From Chiloscyllium plagiosum (lineage: Eukaryota), in the NCBI RefSeq assembly GCF_004010195.1, contig NC_057750.1, positions 14,588,435 to 14,652,434 of the forward strand: 64,000 nt of DNA, written 5' to 3'. Each line of letters starts with the position of its first letter. Positions within the stretch are counted from its first letter, which is position 1. Positions 1-12,628 of the stretch are shown piece by piece. The notes beneath the pieces are model-generated. The model ran no database searches. It was not told where the DNA came from and worked only from the letters and a program-made list of their open reading frames with translations. The translations under genes were made by a program, and so were the position numbers.

Positions 1-860
1 TTTTAAACCCCCCCCCACCCAAACGTAATAAAGGCAGTCCCCCTCATCCTCATCTACCACCCCACCAGTCTCCACATCCAATGCATCATCCTCAGACACT
101 TGTACCAACTCCAACTAGACCCCACCACCAAGAACATCTTCCCCTCCACACCGGTCTCTGCCTTCCGCAAGAACTGTTCCCTCTCGGTTTGCGCCACTCT
201 CCGCACCAGGTGGCACACGACTCCCCTCACCTCCATCCCGGACCCCAAACAGTCCTCCCAGGTGAGATAGAGGTTCACCTGCCTCTCTTCCAACCTAGTT
301 TACTGCATCAGGTGCTCCCGATGTGGTCTCCTCTACATCGGGGAGACTGAACATTAACTTAGGGAACGGCTCACCGAGCATCTCAGCTGGGCCCGCAGGG
401 GCTGACTGGAACTCCCATTTTAATTCCCCCAACCATTCCCTTCCCGACATGACCATCCTTGGCCTCCTCCGTTGCCACAAAAAACCAAACTGCATACTGG
501 CGGAACACCACCTCAGCTTCCATCTGGGCAGCCCACAGGCCGGAGGGCGCAACATTGAGTTCTCCAATTTCAAATAACCTTCCCATTCCCGACTCCCTTC
601 CCAGCCCTCCTCGTCCCTTCCACTCCTCCCAGCCACCTACCGGATTCATTGCTCCCATTGGCCAACCAGGTCATACCCTCTACCTGTCTTCACCTAACCC
701 CACTTCACCACCCTGCCCCCTGCCAGCCCCTTTATCTGCAGCTCCCCCTAACACCCACCCCAAGTCCTGAAGAAGGATTACACTCGAAACGTCGACCTCT
801 CCACCTCCTGATGCTGCCTGGCTTGCTGGGTTTCCAGCCTCCTACTTGTCTACCTTGGGG
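1..860 (+). mobile_element. Penelope-like element (PLE), 3' part: degenerate GIY-YIG endonuclease, pyrimidine-rich 3' region and terminal repeat
   Basis: Around 290-370 reads NLVYCIRCSRCGLLYIGET..LRERLTEH, typical of a PLE GIY-YIG domain; frameshifted; ends in the hammerhead-bearing terminal repeat. Confidence 0.85.
764..796 (+). ncRNA. Minimal hammerhead ribozyme motif (PLE family A variant; stem II degenerate)
   Basis: GTC-CTGAAGA-A-GGATTACACTC-GAAA-CG-TC-GAC; stem I GUC/GAC. Confidence 0.55.
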
Positions 861-1243
861 GACTGGTAACCTGGCTTTTGGCATAGAATATACACATGGT
901 CTTTTGTTTAACTCATGCACGTTGGCCCCATATAGTGTTTTGTTTGTGAGGAAATGTTGAACTGCTCTTTTACACTTGCCAATATGTTCTGGTGCCTGTC
1001 TGGTTTACAATTGGCTGGGCATGAGTGTTGCAAGGACCTGTCTCGAGGATTTCAAGAAATTGTCTCTATGCGTCTGTACGTGTTGGCTGAAGCATTCCCA
1101 GCATTCCTTGTTTTTCGGCCAATTTCTGTGCCCTGTTAATTTCAGTTGTTGTGCTTGCATTTCTCGATCTCCTTTTTTTTAATGAAATTTGTTTTATTTG
1201 TGAAGTCGCAGGCTGCTGCAGAAGAGTCGCTGTCGTAAAGTTG

Positions 1244-1718
1244 CAAAATGGTTTTGTAGGTACAATAGTGCCCCCCCCCCGTACCCGTGGGGATACATTC
1301 CAAGACCTACCGCAGAAGCCCAAAACCATGGATAGGAGCGAACCCATTCATTTCAATGGGAAATAAACCTTCCTGACAGCTTTCTGATCCCTGGTTCCCT
1401 ATAATATGTTCAGGGCACGGTAATCCATAAGTAACTGAAACTGCGGAAAATGATTCCATGGATACGGGATTCGTCACCTACAAAATGGTTTTGTAGGTAC
1501 AATAGTGCCCCCCCCCCGTACCCGTGGGGATACATTCCAAGACCTACCGCAGAAGCCCAAAACCACGGATAGGAGCAAACCCATTCATTTCAATGGGAAA
1601 TAAACCTTCCTGACAGCTTCCTGATCCCTGGTTCCCTATAATATGTTCAGGGCACGGTAATCCATAGGTAACTGAAACTGCGGAAAATGATTCCAATGGA
1701 TACGGGATTCGTCACCTA
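1244..1718. repeat. Near-perfect tandem duplication (237 + 238 bp) containing a Tigger/pogo-like MITE
   Basis: 1244-1480 and 1481-1718 nearly identical; ends (tacaatagtgccccccc..ggatacattccaagac / gtaactgaaactgcggaaa..ggatacggg) resemble MER44/Tigger-type termini as I recall them. Confidence 0.75.
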
Positions 1719-2511
1719 TGTTAGAGTTAAGTTGTGTTAGAGTTATCTTAAGTTGTGTAGGCTAAAAACTGAAAGGATTGAGCAGCCCAGGAGTCCCAGG
1801 ATCGATGGGAAGGACAAGCTGAAGTGGGCGTGCTGGCACGGGGCACACAGACACAAGATGGCCACTGAGCCATAAGTTGGTCACTTAGCATACAAGATGG
1901 CCGCTGAGCCATTACATGGAAAAGTACAGTGAAGCATACACAGATACTGCCTGAGGCCAACAGGATACCAGCACAATAGAGAGAGAACATCGATAATTAA
2001 TTTAAGGCGAGTGGGGAAGCAAATACACATAAGTAACATCTACTGCCCGTCGAGGTGTCTGAGTCCAGCCACCACCTTCAATAGGAAGGTTAACTACCTG
2101 AGACTGCTTGTATACAAGTGTTAATACCTTCGATTTGCAGTAATGGAAAACCATCACGCTCCTCAGGAAGAATGATCACGACCAATTACTGCAGCAAGGG
2201 ACTTCCATGTAGCTGCTGAAACTGACAATGACTTGGTGTCATTTCTCTGAAACTGACAATGACTCTATAGTGTTTTCTGGAAACAAACCATGCAGCACAA
2301 ACAAAGACTCGATATCTGGACTATTATACCGTGAAATGTATAAAATATCGTGACATGTGCTCCGAGGGTGAGAGAAGGCTCCCAGCTGACAGCTGTGCTG
2401 CTACGTCTCTCTCTCTCTCTCTCTCTTCCCGGAGCTCTGGTTTCTTTGTACAATAAACTCTGTCGATTAATCCTGATTCTGACTCTGAGATTGGTGATTT
2501 TCCCCACAACA
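1719..2511 (+). mobile_element. Solo LTR
   Basis: TGTTAG...CCACAACA termini; TATA-like TATAAAA near 2339, then a (CT)n tract and AATAAA near 2452; no clear TSD. Confidence 0.65.
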
Positions 2512-2910
2512 AAGCCAACGTGCATCATACTGTTCCTTGATGACTGAACTGTTCAGTATCAAACTTCATGCCCAATAAACCTGGTTAGTTTTTATTCTGA
2601 GTTAGATATTGCCCTTTTTGACAAGATGGTTACTCCTGAACAAGAACGTTCTGAACCTAGGGTTTAGATTAGAGTCCGAGTCCACATTGCAAAACCACAG
2701 CTTTCCATGTCCATGTTGTGAGGAAAATGGATGGTGACTCCAGGTGGATTAGGATCGGCTGAGTGAATGGGCAGGAATGGCTGATGGAAGGTAATATTAT
2801 CCCGTTTTCACTGGAAGAACAGATGTGCCGGGTATATCTTAAACGGTGATGGTTGAAAAGCGTAGATGCATCAAGAAAGCGAGGTACCCTGGTCGATGAG
2901 TCACTGAAGT
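2512..2910 (+). repeat. Diverged paralogous segment of 11413-11800 (unique DNA plus old CR1 junction)
   Basis: Collinear shared blocks: gatgactgaactgttca, gggtttag.ttagagtccgagtcc, gcaaaaccaca, tccatgttgtgaggaaaat, gaagaacagatgtgc. Confidence 0.8.
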
Positions 2911-3461
2911 AGGAACAGCACTTTGTAAGTACACGGTGATGAACTTACTGCTGTTTTCAGTNNNNNNNNNNNNNNNNNNNNNNNNNNNNNNNNNNNNNNN
3001 NNNNNNNNNNNNNNNNNNNNNNNNNNNNNNNNNNNNNNNNNNNNNNNNNNNNNNNNNNNNNNNNNNNNNNNNNNNNNNNNNNNNNNNNNNNNNNNNNNNN
3101 NNNNNNNNNNNNNNNNNNNNNNNNNNNNNNNNNNNNNNNNNNNNNNNNNNNNNNNNNNNNNNNNNNNNNNNNNNNNNNNNNNNNNNNNNNNNNNNNNNNN
3201 NNNNNNNNNNNNNNNNNNNNNNNNNNNNNNNNNNNNNNNNNNNNNNNNNNNNNNNNNNNNNNNNNNNNNNNNNNNNNNNNNNNNNNNNNNNNNNNNNNNN
3301 NNNNNNNNNNNNNNNNNNNNNNNNNNNNNNNNNNNNNNNNNNNNNNNNNNNNNNNNNNNNNNNNNNNNNNNNNNNNNNNNNNNNNNNNNNNNNNNNNNNN
3401 NNNNNNNNNNNNNNNNNNNNNNNNNNNNNNNNNNNNNNNNNNNNNNNNNNNNNNNNNNNNN

Positions 3462-3951
3462 TGATTTCCTGCAATCTCCCATAAACACACCCCTTGGCAA
3501 AAAGGTAAATTCAAACCCAGTTCTTACCGGAGACAGATCTCAAAGAGAGAGCGAGGATCAGCATGGAGTTGTTTCTTTGGGTCCCCATCTCAAACTAACC
3601 CAAATCTAGAAAAAGAAAAACCATGAGCTGGGGGAATTGCCACTAGGCTCATTCCTGATGAAGAGCTTATGCTTGGAATGTTGATTTTCCTGCTCCTCAG
3701 ATGCTGTATGACCGGCTGTGCTTTTCCAGCACCACACTCTTCGACTCTGATCTCCAGCATCTGCAGTCCTCACTCACTCCCCTTCAAGTGTTTTTAAAAT
3801 CAACCTGAAAGCCTTTTCTGATTGTTGACTTACGCAGCATCTGTAGCCATTATTGATGTAGCCCATTCAGACATTTTGGCACCTCTGCCTTTATGACCCC
3901 TCTCAGGAAACCATAAACCGGGACAGAATAACCTTGTTAAACATTGTCACA
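3462..3951 (-). mobile_element. LTR fragment related to 8150-8700, interrupted by a degenerate PLE terminal repeat (~3650-3780)
   Basis: Shares cccataaacacaccccttggcaaaaagg with ~8403; ends in tgtcaca (TGTGACA LTR start on the minus strand). Confidence 0.55.
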
Positions 3952-4317
3952 ATGATCTTGACAGTGCAGAAGAAACCATGGACATCATGGTTGTTGGCCA
4001 TTCATGGACCTCCAGCGCTTTCTCCGTTGACCACTTGTTCTTTATATCACGGGTTTGTTTCTGGAAGTTTGCCTTCAGTTGCCTGTAGGCCTGCCTTATG
4101 TCTTCCGAGCTCGGTTGTTGTTTTGGGCTCAGAAACGCCAGCTTAATAGTTCACGGGATCTGATGATCATTCTCATTGAACTGGTCTTGGTGTTTCCTGG
4201 TTGAGTGGCTGACTGAGGTTTTGTAGGGAGTGATGTCACCGATTTTAAGAGTGGACCAGGGACCATTGAATTCCCCAACTCTGTGTCGCGGAAGGCTATT
4301 GGGTTTGTGGGGAGGAG

Positions 4318-5116
4318 TTTGTAATTTTTATTCATGACTTGGATGAGGAGATTGAAGGATGGGTTAGTAAGTTTGCAGACGACACAAAGGTTGTAGGGTC
4401 GTTGACAGTATAGAGGACTGTTGTAGGCTGCAGCGGGACATTGACAGGATGCAGAGATGGGCTGAGAGATGGCGGATGGAGTTCAATCTGGAAAAATGCG
4501 AAGCGATGCATTTTGGAAGATCGAACTTGAAAGTTGAGTACAGGATTAAAGACAGGATTCTTGGCAGTGTGGAGGAACAGAGGGATCTTGGTGTGCAGGT
4601 ACATAGATCCCTTAAAATTTTCACCCAAGTGGACAGGGTTGTTAAGAAAGCATATGGTGTTTTGGCTTTCATTAACAGGGGGATTGAGTTTAAGAGTCGT
4701 GAGATCTTGTTGCAGCTCTATAAAATTTTGGGTAGACCACACTTGGAATACTGCATCCAGTTCTGGTACAAGATAATGAGAGGCATAGATAGAGTTGATA
4801 GCCAGAGACTTTTTCCCAGGGCAGAAATTGTTAACATGAGGGGTCATAGTTTTAAGCTGTTTGGCGGAAAGTATAGAGGGGATGTCAGAGGTGAGTTCTT
4901 AACACAGAGAGTTGTGAGAGCATGGAATGCGTTGCCAGCAGCAGTTGTGGAAGCAAGGTCATTGGGGATATTCAAGAGACTGCTGGACATGCATATGGTC
5001 ACAGAAATGTGAAGGTTCATACATTAGGTTTACCTTATATGAGGATCAATGGTCAGCACAACATCGTGGGCTGAAGGGCCTGATCTGTGCTGTACTGTTC
5101 TATGTTCTATGTTCTA
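4318..5116 (+). mobile_element. CR1 LINE 3' fragment (RT C-terminus; internal deletion)
   Basis: FADD motif, [25 protein letters not shown], (TTCTATG)n tail; nearly identical to 28855-29795. Confidence 0.95.
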
Positions 5117-5272
5117 TGAGTTGGTTGTATGAGATTTTTTTTTCTATGTCTTTAAGTACCTCAGTGTTGAACGTCTTCAGGCACTGCTTCTGTTGCCTGT
5201 GCTGCAGCAATGCTATATTTATGTTGATCCTGGCTTGGACCAGGTGATGGTGCATCGAGCAGTGGTCAGTAC

Positions 5273-5366
5273 CTGCCATGACACATGTCATGGTGCCTGT
5301 CATCATATGTGTCATGGCTCCTGTCATCACACGCGCCATGGTGCCTGCCATCACGTGTCATGGCAT
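5273..5366. repeat. Imperfect ~24-bp tandem repeat (~4 units) inside the RTE remnant
   Basis: tgccatgacacatgtcatggtgcc / tgtcatcatatgtgtcatggctcc / tgtcatcacacgcgccatggtgcc. Confidence 0.7.
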
Positions 5367-6127
5367 GTGTGATTTTAAAGTCTTTCCAATCCCTCACTTT
5401 GATGATAACATATTTGGAGGGTGTGTGCTGCCACATTGTTCTGCCAAAGAGGCGAACACAAGACAACGTGTTAGTGATGAGGTTGTGTTCACGGCATTTG
5501 GTCATGAGAAGGGTGTTACTGGAGTTTTGCTTCACAACTCTCTCTGCAAGCTAATGAAGACATAAGAGATTAGCATACTCCCAACTCGAGCAGAGAAGGT
5601 AAGGGATGAACTGACTGGTGTTTTAAGGTGATGTATGGCTACGTCAAGAGAAACCATTCCCTCTGGTGGGATAAACATGCAATTAGCGTTACAAATCGAG
5701 TCCGAGCTGATGTCAGGAAGCTCTTCTTCACACAAAGAGCAGTGAAACTCCAGAACTGACTGTCACCAAAAGCTGGTGAGGCCGGGAGAGGAATGGGCAT
5801 TTGTTTAATTCAAAGTTTAGAAACCAATATTGATAAATATTTATCAGACAGGTTTTTTTGTAAGGATTATGGAGCCACTGTAAGTAAATGGAGTTGAGAT
5901 GCAGATCATCCATGATCTCATTGAATTTAGGACAGGCTTTGGGGCTCAATGGCCTCTTCCTATTTCTCCGTTCTCCATGTGTAAAATGAGGATCTGGGTT
6001 TGTACAGACAGGTATTCAGTGGGGTCTTCACACAGATATCACAGAATTGTTACAGAATGGAAGAAGGACATTCAGCCCATCGTACCTTATGATCTAGTGC
6101 CAATCTCCTGCCTTTCCCCCATTTCTG

Positions 6128-6327
6128 GAAAATGTGTTGCTGGAAAAGTGCAGCAGGTCAGGCAGCATCCAAGGAGCAGGAGAATCGACGTTTCGGGCAT
6201 AAGCCTGAAGAAGGCCTTATGCCCGAAACGTCGATTCTCCTGCTCCTTGGATGCTGCCTGACCTGCTGCGCTTTTCCAGCAACACATTTTTCAGCTCTGA
6301 TCTCCAGCATCTGCGGTCCTCACTTTC
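6128..6327. mobile_element. PLE family-A terminal repeats inserted as an inverted pair (hairpin) with a hammerhead motif
   Basis: ~75-bp arms are reverse complements; centre cctgaagaaggccttatgcccgaaacgtc; flanking direct repeat ctttcccccatttctg (6112-6127 / 6323-6338). Confidence 0.85.
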
Positions 6328-6544
6328 CCCCATTTCTGCACACTATCTCTATCTAAGTAACCAGCCAATGCCACCATTGAACCTGTCTTCATCAGATTTC
6401 CAAGCAGTGCATTCCATATTCTAAATACTCCGTGGGTGAAAAGGTTTTTTATCTCACATTGACCTTTATTTTAAATTTAAATTTTAAATCTATGCCCTCT
6501 CATTCTTATTCCTTTTGCAAGTGGGAACAGCTTCTCTACTCTAT

Positions 6545-7152
6545 TAGCTTTTATTGGTAGTGGGATTGAGTTTCGGAACTATGAGGTCATGCTGCAGCTA
6601 TGCAGAAATCTGGTGAGGCCGCACTTGGAGTATTGCGTACAGTTCTGGTCACCGCATTATAGGAAGGATGTGGAAGCTTTGGAAAGGGTTCAGAAGAGAT
6701 TTGCTAGGATGTTGCCTGGTATGGAGGGAAGGTCTTCCGAGGAAAGGCTGAGAGACTTGAGGCTGTTTTCGTTAGAAGATGGTTGAGATGCAACTTAATT
6801 GAGACATATAAGATAATCAGAGGGGTTATATAGGGTGGACAGTGAGAGCATTTTTCCTTCAGATGGCAATGGCTAGCACAGGGGACATAGCTCTAAATTG
6901 AGGGGTGATAGATATAGAACAGACGTCAGAGGTAGTTTCTTTACTCAGAGAGAGCATAGTAGGGACATGGAATACACTGCTTGCAACAGTAGTAAACTCA
7001 CCAACTTTAAGGGCATTTAAATGGTCATTGGATAGGCATATGGACAAGAATGGAATAGTGTAGGTTAGATGGGCTTCAGATTGGTTCCACAGGTCGGCAC
7101 AACATCGAGGGCCGAAGGGCCTGTACTGCGCCGGAATGTTCTCTGTTCTCTA
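6545..7152 (+). mobile_element. CR1 LINE 3' fragment
   Basis: LVRPHLEYCVQFWSPHYRKDVEALERVQ; CR1 3' UTR. Confidence 0.92.
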
Positions 7153-8149
7153 TTATATACTCTATTCAGGCCACTCATGATTTTGTAAAACTCAATCAGA
7201 TCTCCTCACAGCCTTCTGCTCTCCAAGCAGAACAGTCCTAACATCTTCAATCATTCTTAAATTGCTTCTGCACTCTCCCTCCAATACATTTACATCCTTC
7301 CTATCATCTCATGTAACAACAATATACAATATTGATCCGGGATGGGAATTCTCAGTGATTCTTATCGCTGTATATGTTAAGGATTCTCAGCATACCTGTA
7401 GCATCTCATTGAGAGTGTGTGTTGCAGCCATAAACTCAAGCACAGACTGAGGTTTGAGGAAGGGTTAGGAGACTGGGGATGAGAGTGACGTGGGATATGG
7501 AGGAGGCAGCCATGGAAGCTGGGGCTGATGAGGTGGAGGTGCTGTCTCCCTTTCCAGCAGGGGTGATCTGCTCAGCCACCGTCCCTTCACCAAACTTGCT
7601 GCACCTCTGTCTTGCCGAAGTAAGTCATAAATCTGATTGGTCTGTCTGACCACAGAAAAAAAACAAGTGGCCAGTAATTTCAAAATGTTTGCTGCTGTCT
7701 ATCCTTTCCATTGGAACATTAGGTTCCTCATGCTAGCTGGAGTTGAAGCATTTGGTAGGTCACCCTACAGTGGGTCTACAGGCTTGCCACACAACGTGCA
7801 GGTCTGCTTGTCACTTGGGGGTGGGGGGAAGGCCACTTGGTTCAAAGGCACTCAGTGTCTGAACAAGGAAATTGTCAACAGGAGGAAGGGTGGTTGGAAG
7901 ACAACTGCCTTCATTAGTTTCCAACCCCCTCATATGCCCCGCTCCTTCATAGCCTCCATCTCTTCTCACCTGGTTGTCATCCCAACAGCAGCCACCACCT
8001 CCATAGCAGCGTTATGTTTCAAACGATTGACCAACCATGATGAAATGGCAAGACCTTCACCATGCCCTACCCTCCTCAGAGTCTTGGTCCCTGTGAAAGA
8101 CCCATAGCTGGTGAAACAACTGCCCGAGTGGTGCCCACTGTCAGCAGGG

Positions 8150-8700
8150 TGTTGTGGACTAAACCAGACATCCTCAAAATATTTTAAGAAGATCACCTCA
8201 ACCCTAACTTTTTCTTCTTTTAAAAGTAGATGGGAAATGCCATGTTCCCAGATGGTCATTAAGCAAACACAATTTATTTAAACACTATAGTTAAAGTGCA
8301 AACAAAAGAAAGAGGAATTTAGAATACCCAAACTATTGGAAAACTTAACCAGGTAATAGATACAGTACCTATTACTAATTAATTGTTCTAATGTAGCAAC
8401 ATCCCATAAACACACCCCTTGGCAAAAAGGCAACTTCAGACACAGGTTTTTGCATTTAGTTCTGCAGTCCAGGAGGGAAAAGCATCAAGAGGATTTTCAG
8501 AGGAAGCAGCAACTCGCAATCACTCACTGAAGCTTCCAACTCTGCGGCGACCTGAAACAGCTTCTGCTGCCACGGAGAAACCAGAACCGAGAGACCCTGA
8601 TCTGTGAGAGCTGGCTACACCCACTCAGGCAGTGAAAAAAATACCCAAGACCTCTCACGTTGTTTACTCTAGTGGCTCTTGTAGACTGTTCATTCTCAAT
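8150..8700 (-). mobile_element. LTR fragment
   Basis: Minus-strand end ...tctggtttagtccacaaca resembles the end of the LTR at 34452; shares sequence with ~3477-3510. Confidence 0.55.
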
Positions 8701-9375
8701 CCGTCAATTCTCCTGCTCCTCAGATGCTGCTTGACCTCCTGTGTTTTTCCAATGCCACACTTTCGACTCTGATCTCCAGCATCTGCAGGCTTCACTTTCT
8801 TCTAGTTGATTATAACCTCACTGCGACGCCTCTTCCAAGGATGCCTACCTTGAAGAAGTTCTCTTCCTCCCTCTACAAAGATCTCAGTGAGTCCCTCTCT
8901 CACAGTACTGCCCAAGTCCTCTCCTCTGCCCTGAAGCTCTTCAGCCACGTCCTCAAGCAGGTTCGCTACCACAGCCACACCTCCTTCCTCACCACCTGCC
9001 TACGGAACCATCTGATCCCACATGGACTCTGGACCACATTCAGGCCAACCCAGTTTGGACACACTACATATCTGAAACCTTCAACAACGATTCTCTTTCT
9101 GGATCCTCCGCTTCATGCTATCAGCCATGCGCCACCCCTGAGGCGGGAATTGAACCCAGGTCTCAGGCGCTGTGAGGCAGCAGTGCTAACCACTGTGCCA
9201 CCGTGCCGCCCCCCCAGCCCCATACCCCTCCCATTTATCTCTCAGCCCCCTTGGGCACCCCCCCTTCCGCCCACCCCTCATTCCTGGTGAAGTTCTCATG
9301 CCCGAAACATTGACTCTCCAGCTCCTCGGATGCTGCCTGACAGGCTGTGCTTTTCCGGCGCCACGATCTTCGAGA
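8700..9375 (+). mobile_element. PLE family-A fragment (terminal repeat, 5' ORF remnant, second repeat) with an HE1 fragment at ~9140-9210
   Basis: Family-A repeat (ctcctgctcctc.gatgctgc..gac..c.gtg.ttttcc) at both ends; ORF remnant RYHSHTSFLTTCLRNHLIPHG. Confidence 0.7.
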
Positions 9376-9379
9376 CTGC

Positions 9380-9672
9380 TTGGAAACAGGCCCTTCGGCC
9401 CAACAAGTTCACGCTGACCCTCCGAAGAGCAACCCACCCAGACCCATTTCCCTCTGACTAATGCAGCTAACACTATGGGCAATTTAGCATGGCCAATTTA
9501 TGGCTTGCCTATCTTTGGACTGTGGGAGGAATCCGGACCACCCAGAGGAAACCCACGCAGACACGGGGAGAATGTTCAAACTCCACTCAGACAGTCGCCC
9601 AAGGCTGGAATTGAACCTGGGACCCTGGTGCTGTGAGGCAGCAGTGCCAACCACTGAGCCACCATGCCACCC
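9380..9672 (-). mobile_element. HE1-type V-SINE
   Basis: tRNA-derived head, V-domain (ggagtttg.acattctccccgtgtctgcgtgggtttcctc), CR1-derived tail. Confidence 0.92.
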
Positions 9673-10169
9673 CAATGGCCAAGTGCTACAAATTGGGTTA
9701 GAGGTTGCCAGTCGTGTACATTAAAGTGCACATGTTTGGGTTAAAAGTTGTAAAGCAATCTAAGAAAGAGGTACAAAAATAGGAATAACAGCACTGAGGA
9801 CTTCACACTTGTCAAGGGTTCGCATTTGTCACTGGACACTTGCCAGAAGTAGGCATTTCTGTGGTATACTGCCAGTTGGTGGAGGTTTGGCACAAGAACC
9901 CAGTATGCCTTAAAAGAAAACACGTAGGTACTTAGCTGCTGAGGAATCGTTCAGTCAATTGAAGTCTAGTTTGGGTCAATCAGTTGTAAAGTACAGTGTT
10001 CATTATTTTAGGAAAGCTACAGTATTTGGTTGCAAGTTGTTTCCAACAGTGAGGGAAAGAGATGGAGCCGTGAAGTGTGCAGCATCCATGGTTACGCTGG
10101 GTTGAAATCTTCAACTATTAATGCAGACTGGGACTTGGAAAAGGATTAACTCAAGTCGATGGCTTAAAG

Positions 10170-10960
10170 CCTCAAAGGGGCGTTGTATGTATTTTGGTGA
10201 GGCAAATCAGGGCAGGACTTATACACTTCGGGTAGGTCCTGGGGGGTGTTGATGAATGAAGGGACCTTGGGGTGCAGGTTCATCATTCTTTGAAAGTGGA
10301 GTTGCAAGCAGACAGGGTAGAGAAGAAGGTGTTTGATACACTTACCTTTATTAGCCAGTGCATTTAGTAGAAGAGTTGGGAGGTCATGTTGCAGCTGTAC
10401 AGGACATTGGTTCGGCCGCTTTTGGAATACTGCATCGAATTTTGGTCTCTCTGTTATAGGAAATGTGTGAAACTTGAAAGGGTTCAGAAAAGATTGACAA
10501 GGATGTTGCCAGGATTGGAGAGTTATAGGGAGAAGTTGAATAGGCTGGGGCTATTTTTCTGGAGTGTTGGAGGCTGAGGAGTGACCTTATAGAGGTTAAT
10601 AAAATCTTGAGGGGCATGGATAGGGTAAGTAGACAAGGTTTTTTTCCACTGGGCAAGGAGTCCAGAACTAGAGGGCATTGGTTTAAGGTGAGAGGGGAAA
10701 GATTTAAAAGGGACCTAAGGGACAACTTTTTCATGCAGAAGGTGGTGTGTGTATGGAATGAGCTGCCAGAGGAAGTGGTGGAGGCTGGTACAATTACAAA
10801 ATTTAAAAGGCATTTGGATGGGAATATGAATAGGAAAGGTTTAGAGGGATATGGGCCAAGTGCTGGCAAATATGACTAGGTTAATTTAGGATATTTGGTC
10901 AGCATGAACAAATTAGACCAAAGGGGTTTGTTTCCCTGCTATACATCTCTATGACTCTAT
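10170..10960 (+). mobile_element. CR1 LINE 3' fragment
   Basis: LYRTLVRPLLEYC..FW, TRGH.FKVRG, WNELPEEVVEAG. Confidence 0.92.
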
Positions 10961-11059
10961 GTATGTTCGATTTAAGTTGCGTAAGCTAAAGTTTAAGACA
11001 GTCTCAAAAGTCAAGAGACCAGGATTAGGGAACAAAGAGATGACCCCAAAAGTCCCATG

Positions 11060-11389
11060 TGGGTAGCATGGTGGCACAGTGGCCTCACAGCGCCAGGGAA
11101 CCGGGTTCAACTCCCGCCTCAGGCAACTGTCTGTGTGGAGTTTGCACATTCTCCCAGTGTCTGTGTGGGTTTCCTCCGGGTGCTCTGGTTTCCTCCCATA
11201 GTCCAAAGATGTGCAGGTCAGGTGAATTGGCCATGCTAAATTGCCCGTAGTGTTAGGTGAAGGGGTAAATGTAGGGGAAAGGGTCTGGGTGGGTTGCTCT
11301 TCGGAGGGTTGGTGTGGACTTGTTGGGCCGAAGGGCCTGTTCCCACACTGTAAGTAATCTAATCTAATCTAATCTAATATAATCTAATC
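11060..11389 (+). mobile_element. HE1-type V-SINE
   Basis: Near-complete head and V-domain, (AATCT)n tail. Confidence 0.93.
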
Positions 11390-11639
11390 ATAATATGATC
11401 CATGGGAAGGACAAGCCAACCTGCATCTTGCCATTCCTCGATGACTGAACTGTTCAATGTCAAACTTTATTGTCCAATTAATGTTTATATTATGCATTCT
11501 AAATTAGAGATTGTCCTTTTTGTCAAGACGGTTATATCTCAACAAGAAATTCCTTAAATCTGGGGTTTAGTTTAGAGTCCGAGTCCCTACAGCAAAACCA
11601 CAACCTTCCATCTCCATGTTGTGAGGAAAATATGTCGTG

Positions 11640-12455
11640 GCTTCAATCGGATTAGAATAGGCTGAAAGAATGGGCAAGAATATGGCAGATGGAAAGTAAG
11701 AAGAACAGATGTGCAGCGTATATTTTAAATGGCGAGAGGTTGGAACATGTAGATGTACAAAGGCAACAAGGTGTCCCGGTCAAAAGGTCACTGAAATCTA
11801 ACCTGAAGGGACACAAGCTATGTGGACAACTAATGGACTGTTAACCTTTATTGCAAGAGAATTTGCGTGAAGGGGTGACGTTGTCCTCACATTGCATAGA
11901 AGGTTTGGTTAGACCACACCTAGAGTACTGTGCACAGTGTTGCTCTCCTTATTCTCAGGAGAGGTATTATCACCATAAACGGAGTGCAGTGAAGGTTCAC
12001 CAGATTGGTCTGGGATGGTGGGACTGTCCTGTGAAGAGAGATTGAGCAAATCTGTACTCTCTAGAGTTTCAAAGATTCAGCTCTGATCTCATTGAAAGCT
12101 ACAAACGATTTAAATATTATAGATGGGGTGGATAGGAGTAAGATGTTTCCCTGTTTTGGGAGTCTAAAGCCAGGGAACACAGTTTAAAAATAAGGGACTT
12201 GCCATTTAAGTCCGAGATGAGGACAAATTATTTTACTCAAGGGGTTGTGAACCTTTGGAATTCTGTACCACAGGGGGCTGTGGAATCTCAGTTTTTGTGT
12301 ATGTTTAAGGTGTAGATTGATAAGTTTCTGATTACCAGTAATGTATAGGTTCTGGGGAAGGTGTGAGTAAAAAACATTGAGATGTTTGATCAGCAATGTT
12401 TGTATTGAATGGCAGGGAAGGCTCAATGGACTGAATGGCCTCCTCCTATTCCTAA
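11640..12455 (+). mobile_element. Old, diverged CR1 3' fragment
   Basis: LVRPHLEYCAQC.SPY remnant; 3' end gaatggcctcctcctattcc. Confidence 0.8.
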
Positions 12456-12628
12456 CATTACCTGACTCGTGCCAGTTTTAATCATCTGCTGCTGAAACTG
12501 CAGAAACCTGAACTCATTCCAAGCTCTGCTGGCCACCCACACCAACTCCGACTCATCCTTTCCACCTGTGCTTCTGGTTAAGCACAGCCTCAGTTTTGAA
12601 ATTCTCATCCTTGATTCAAATCCCTCCT

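Larger units (their letters stand above)
3955..5730 (-). mobile_element. Degenerate RTE-clade LINE (APE endonuclease plus linker), split by a CR1 insertion
   Basis: Minus-strand remnants NSSNTLLMTKCREHNLITNTL..WQH..YVII.VRD.KD..ITHAM and HSTRKHQDQFNEND..YRQLKA...RDIKNKW. Confidence 0.75.

Noticed and set aside
2536..2600. Possible C/D-box snoRNA (TTGATGA...CTGA)
   Set aside because: Neither box is conserved in the paralogous copy at ~11440-11500, and there is no clear terminal stem
2839..3514. Long ORFs in the ORF track (also 20367-21105)
   Set aside because: Artefacts of N runs
7637..8107. 156-aa ORF
   Set aside because: No recognisable motifs, non-ATG start, lies in old degenerate repeat-like DNA
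11060..11130. tRNA-like sequences at SINE heads
   Set aside because: tRNA-derived SINE promoters continuous with SINE bodies, not tRNA genes
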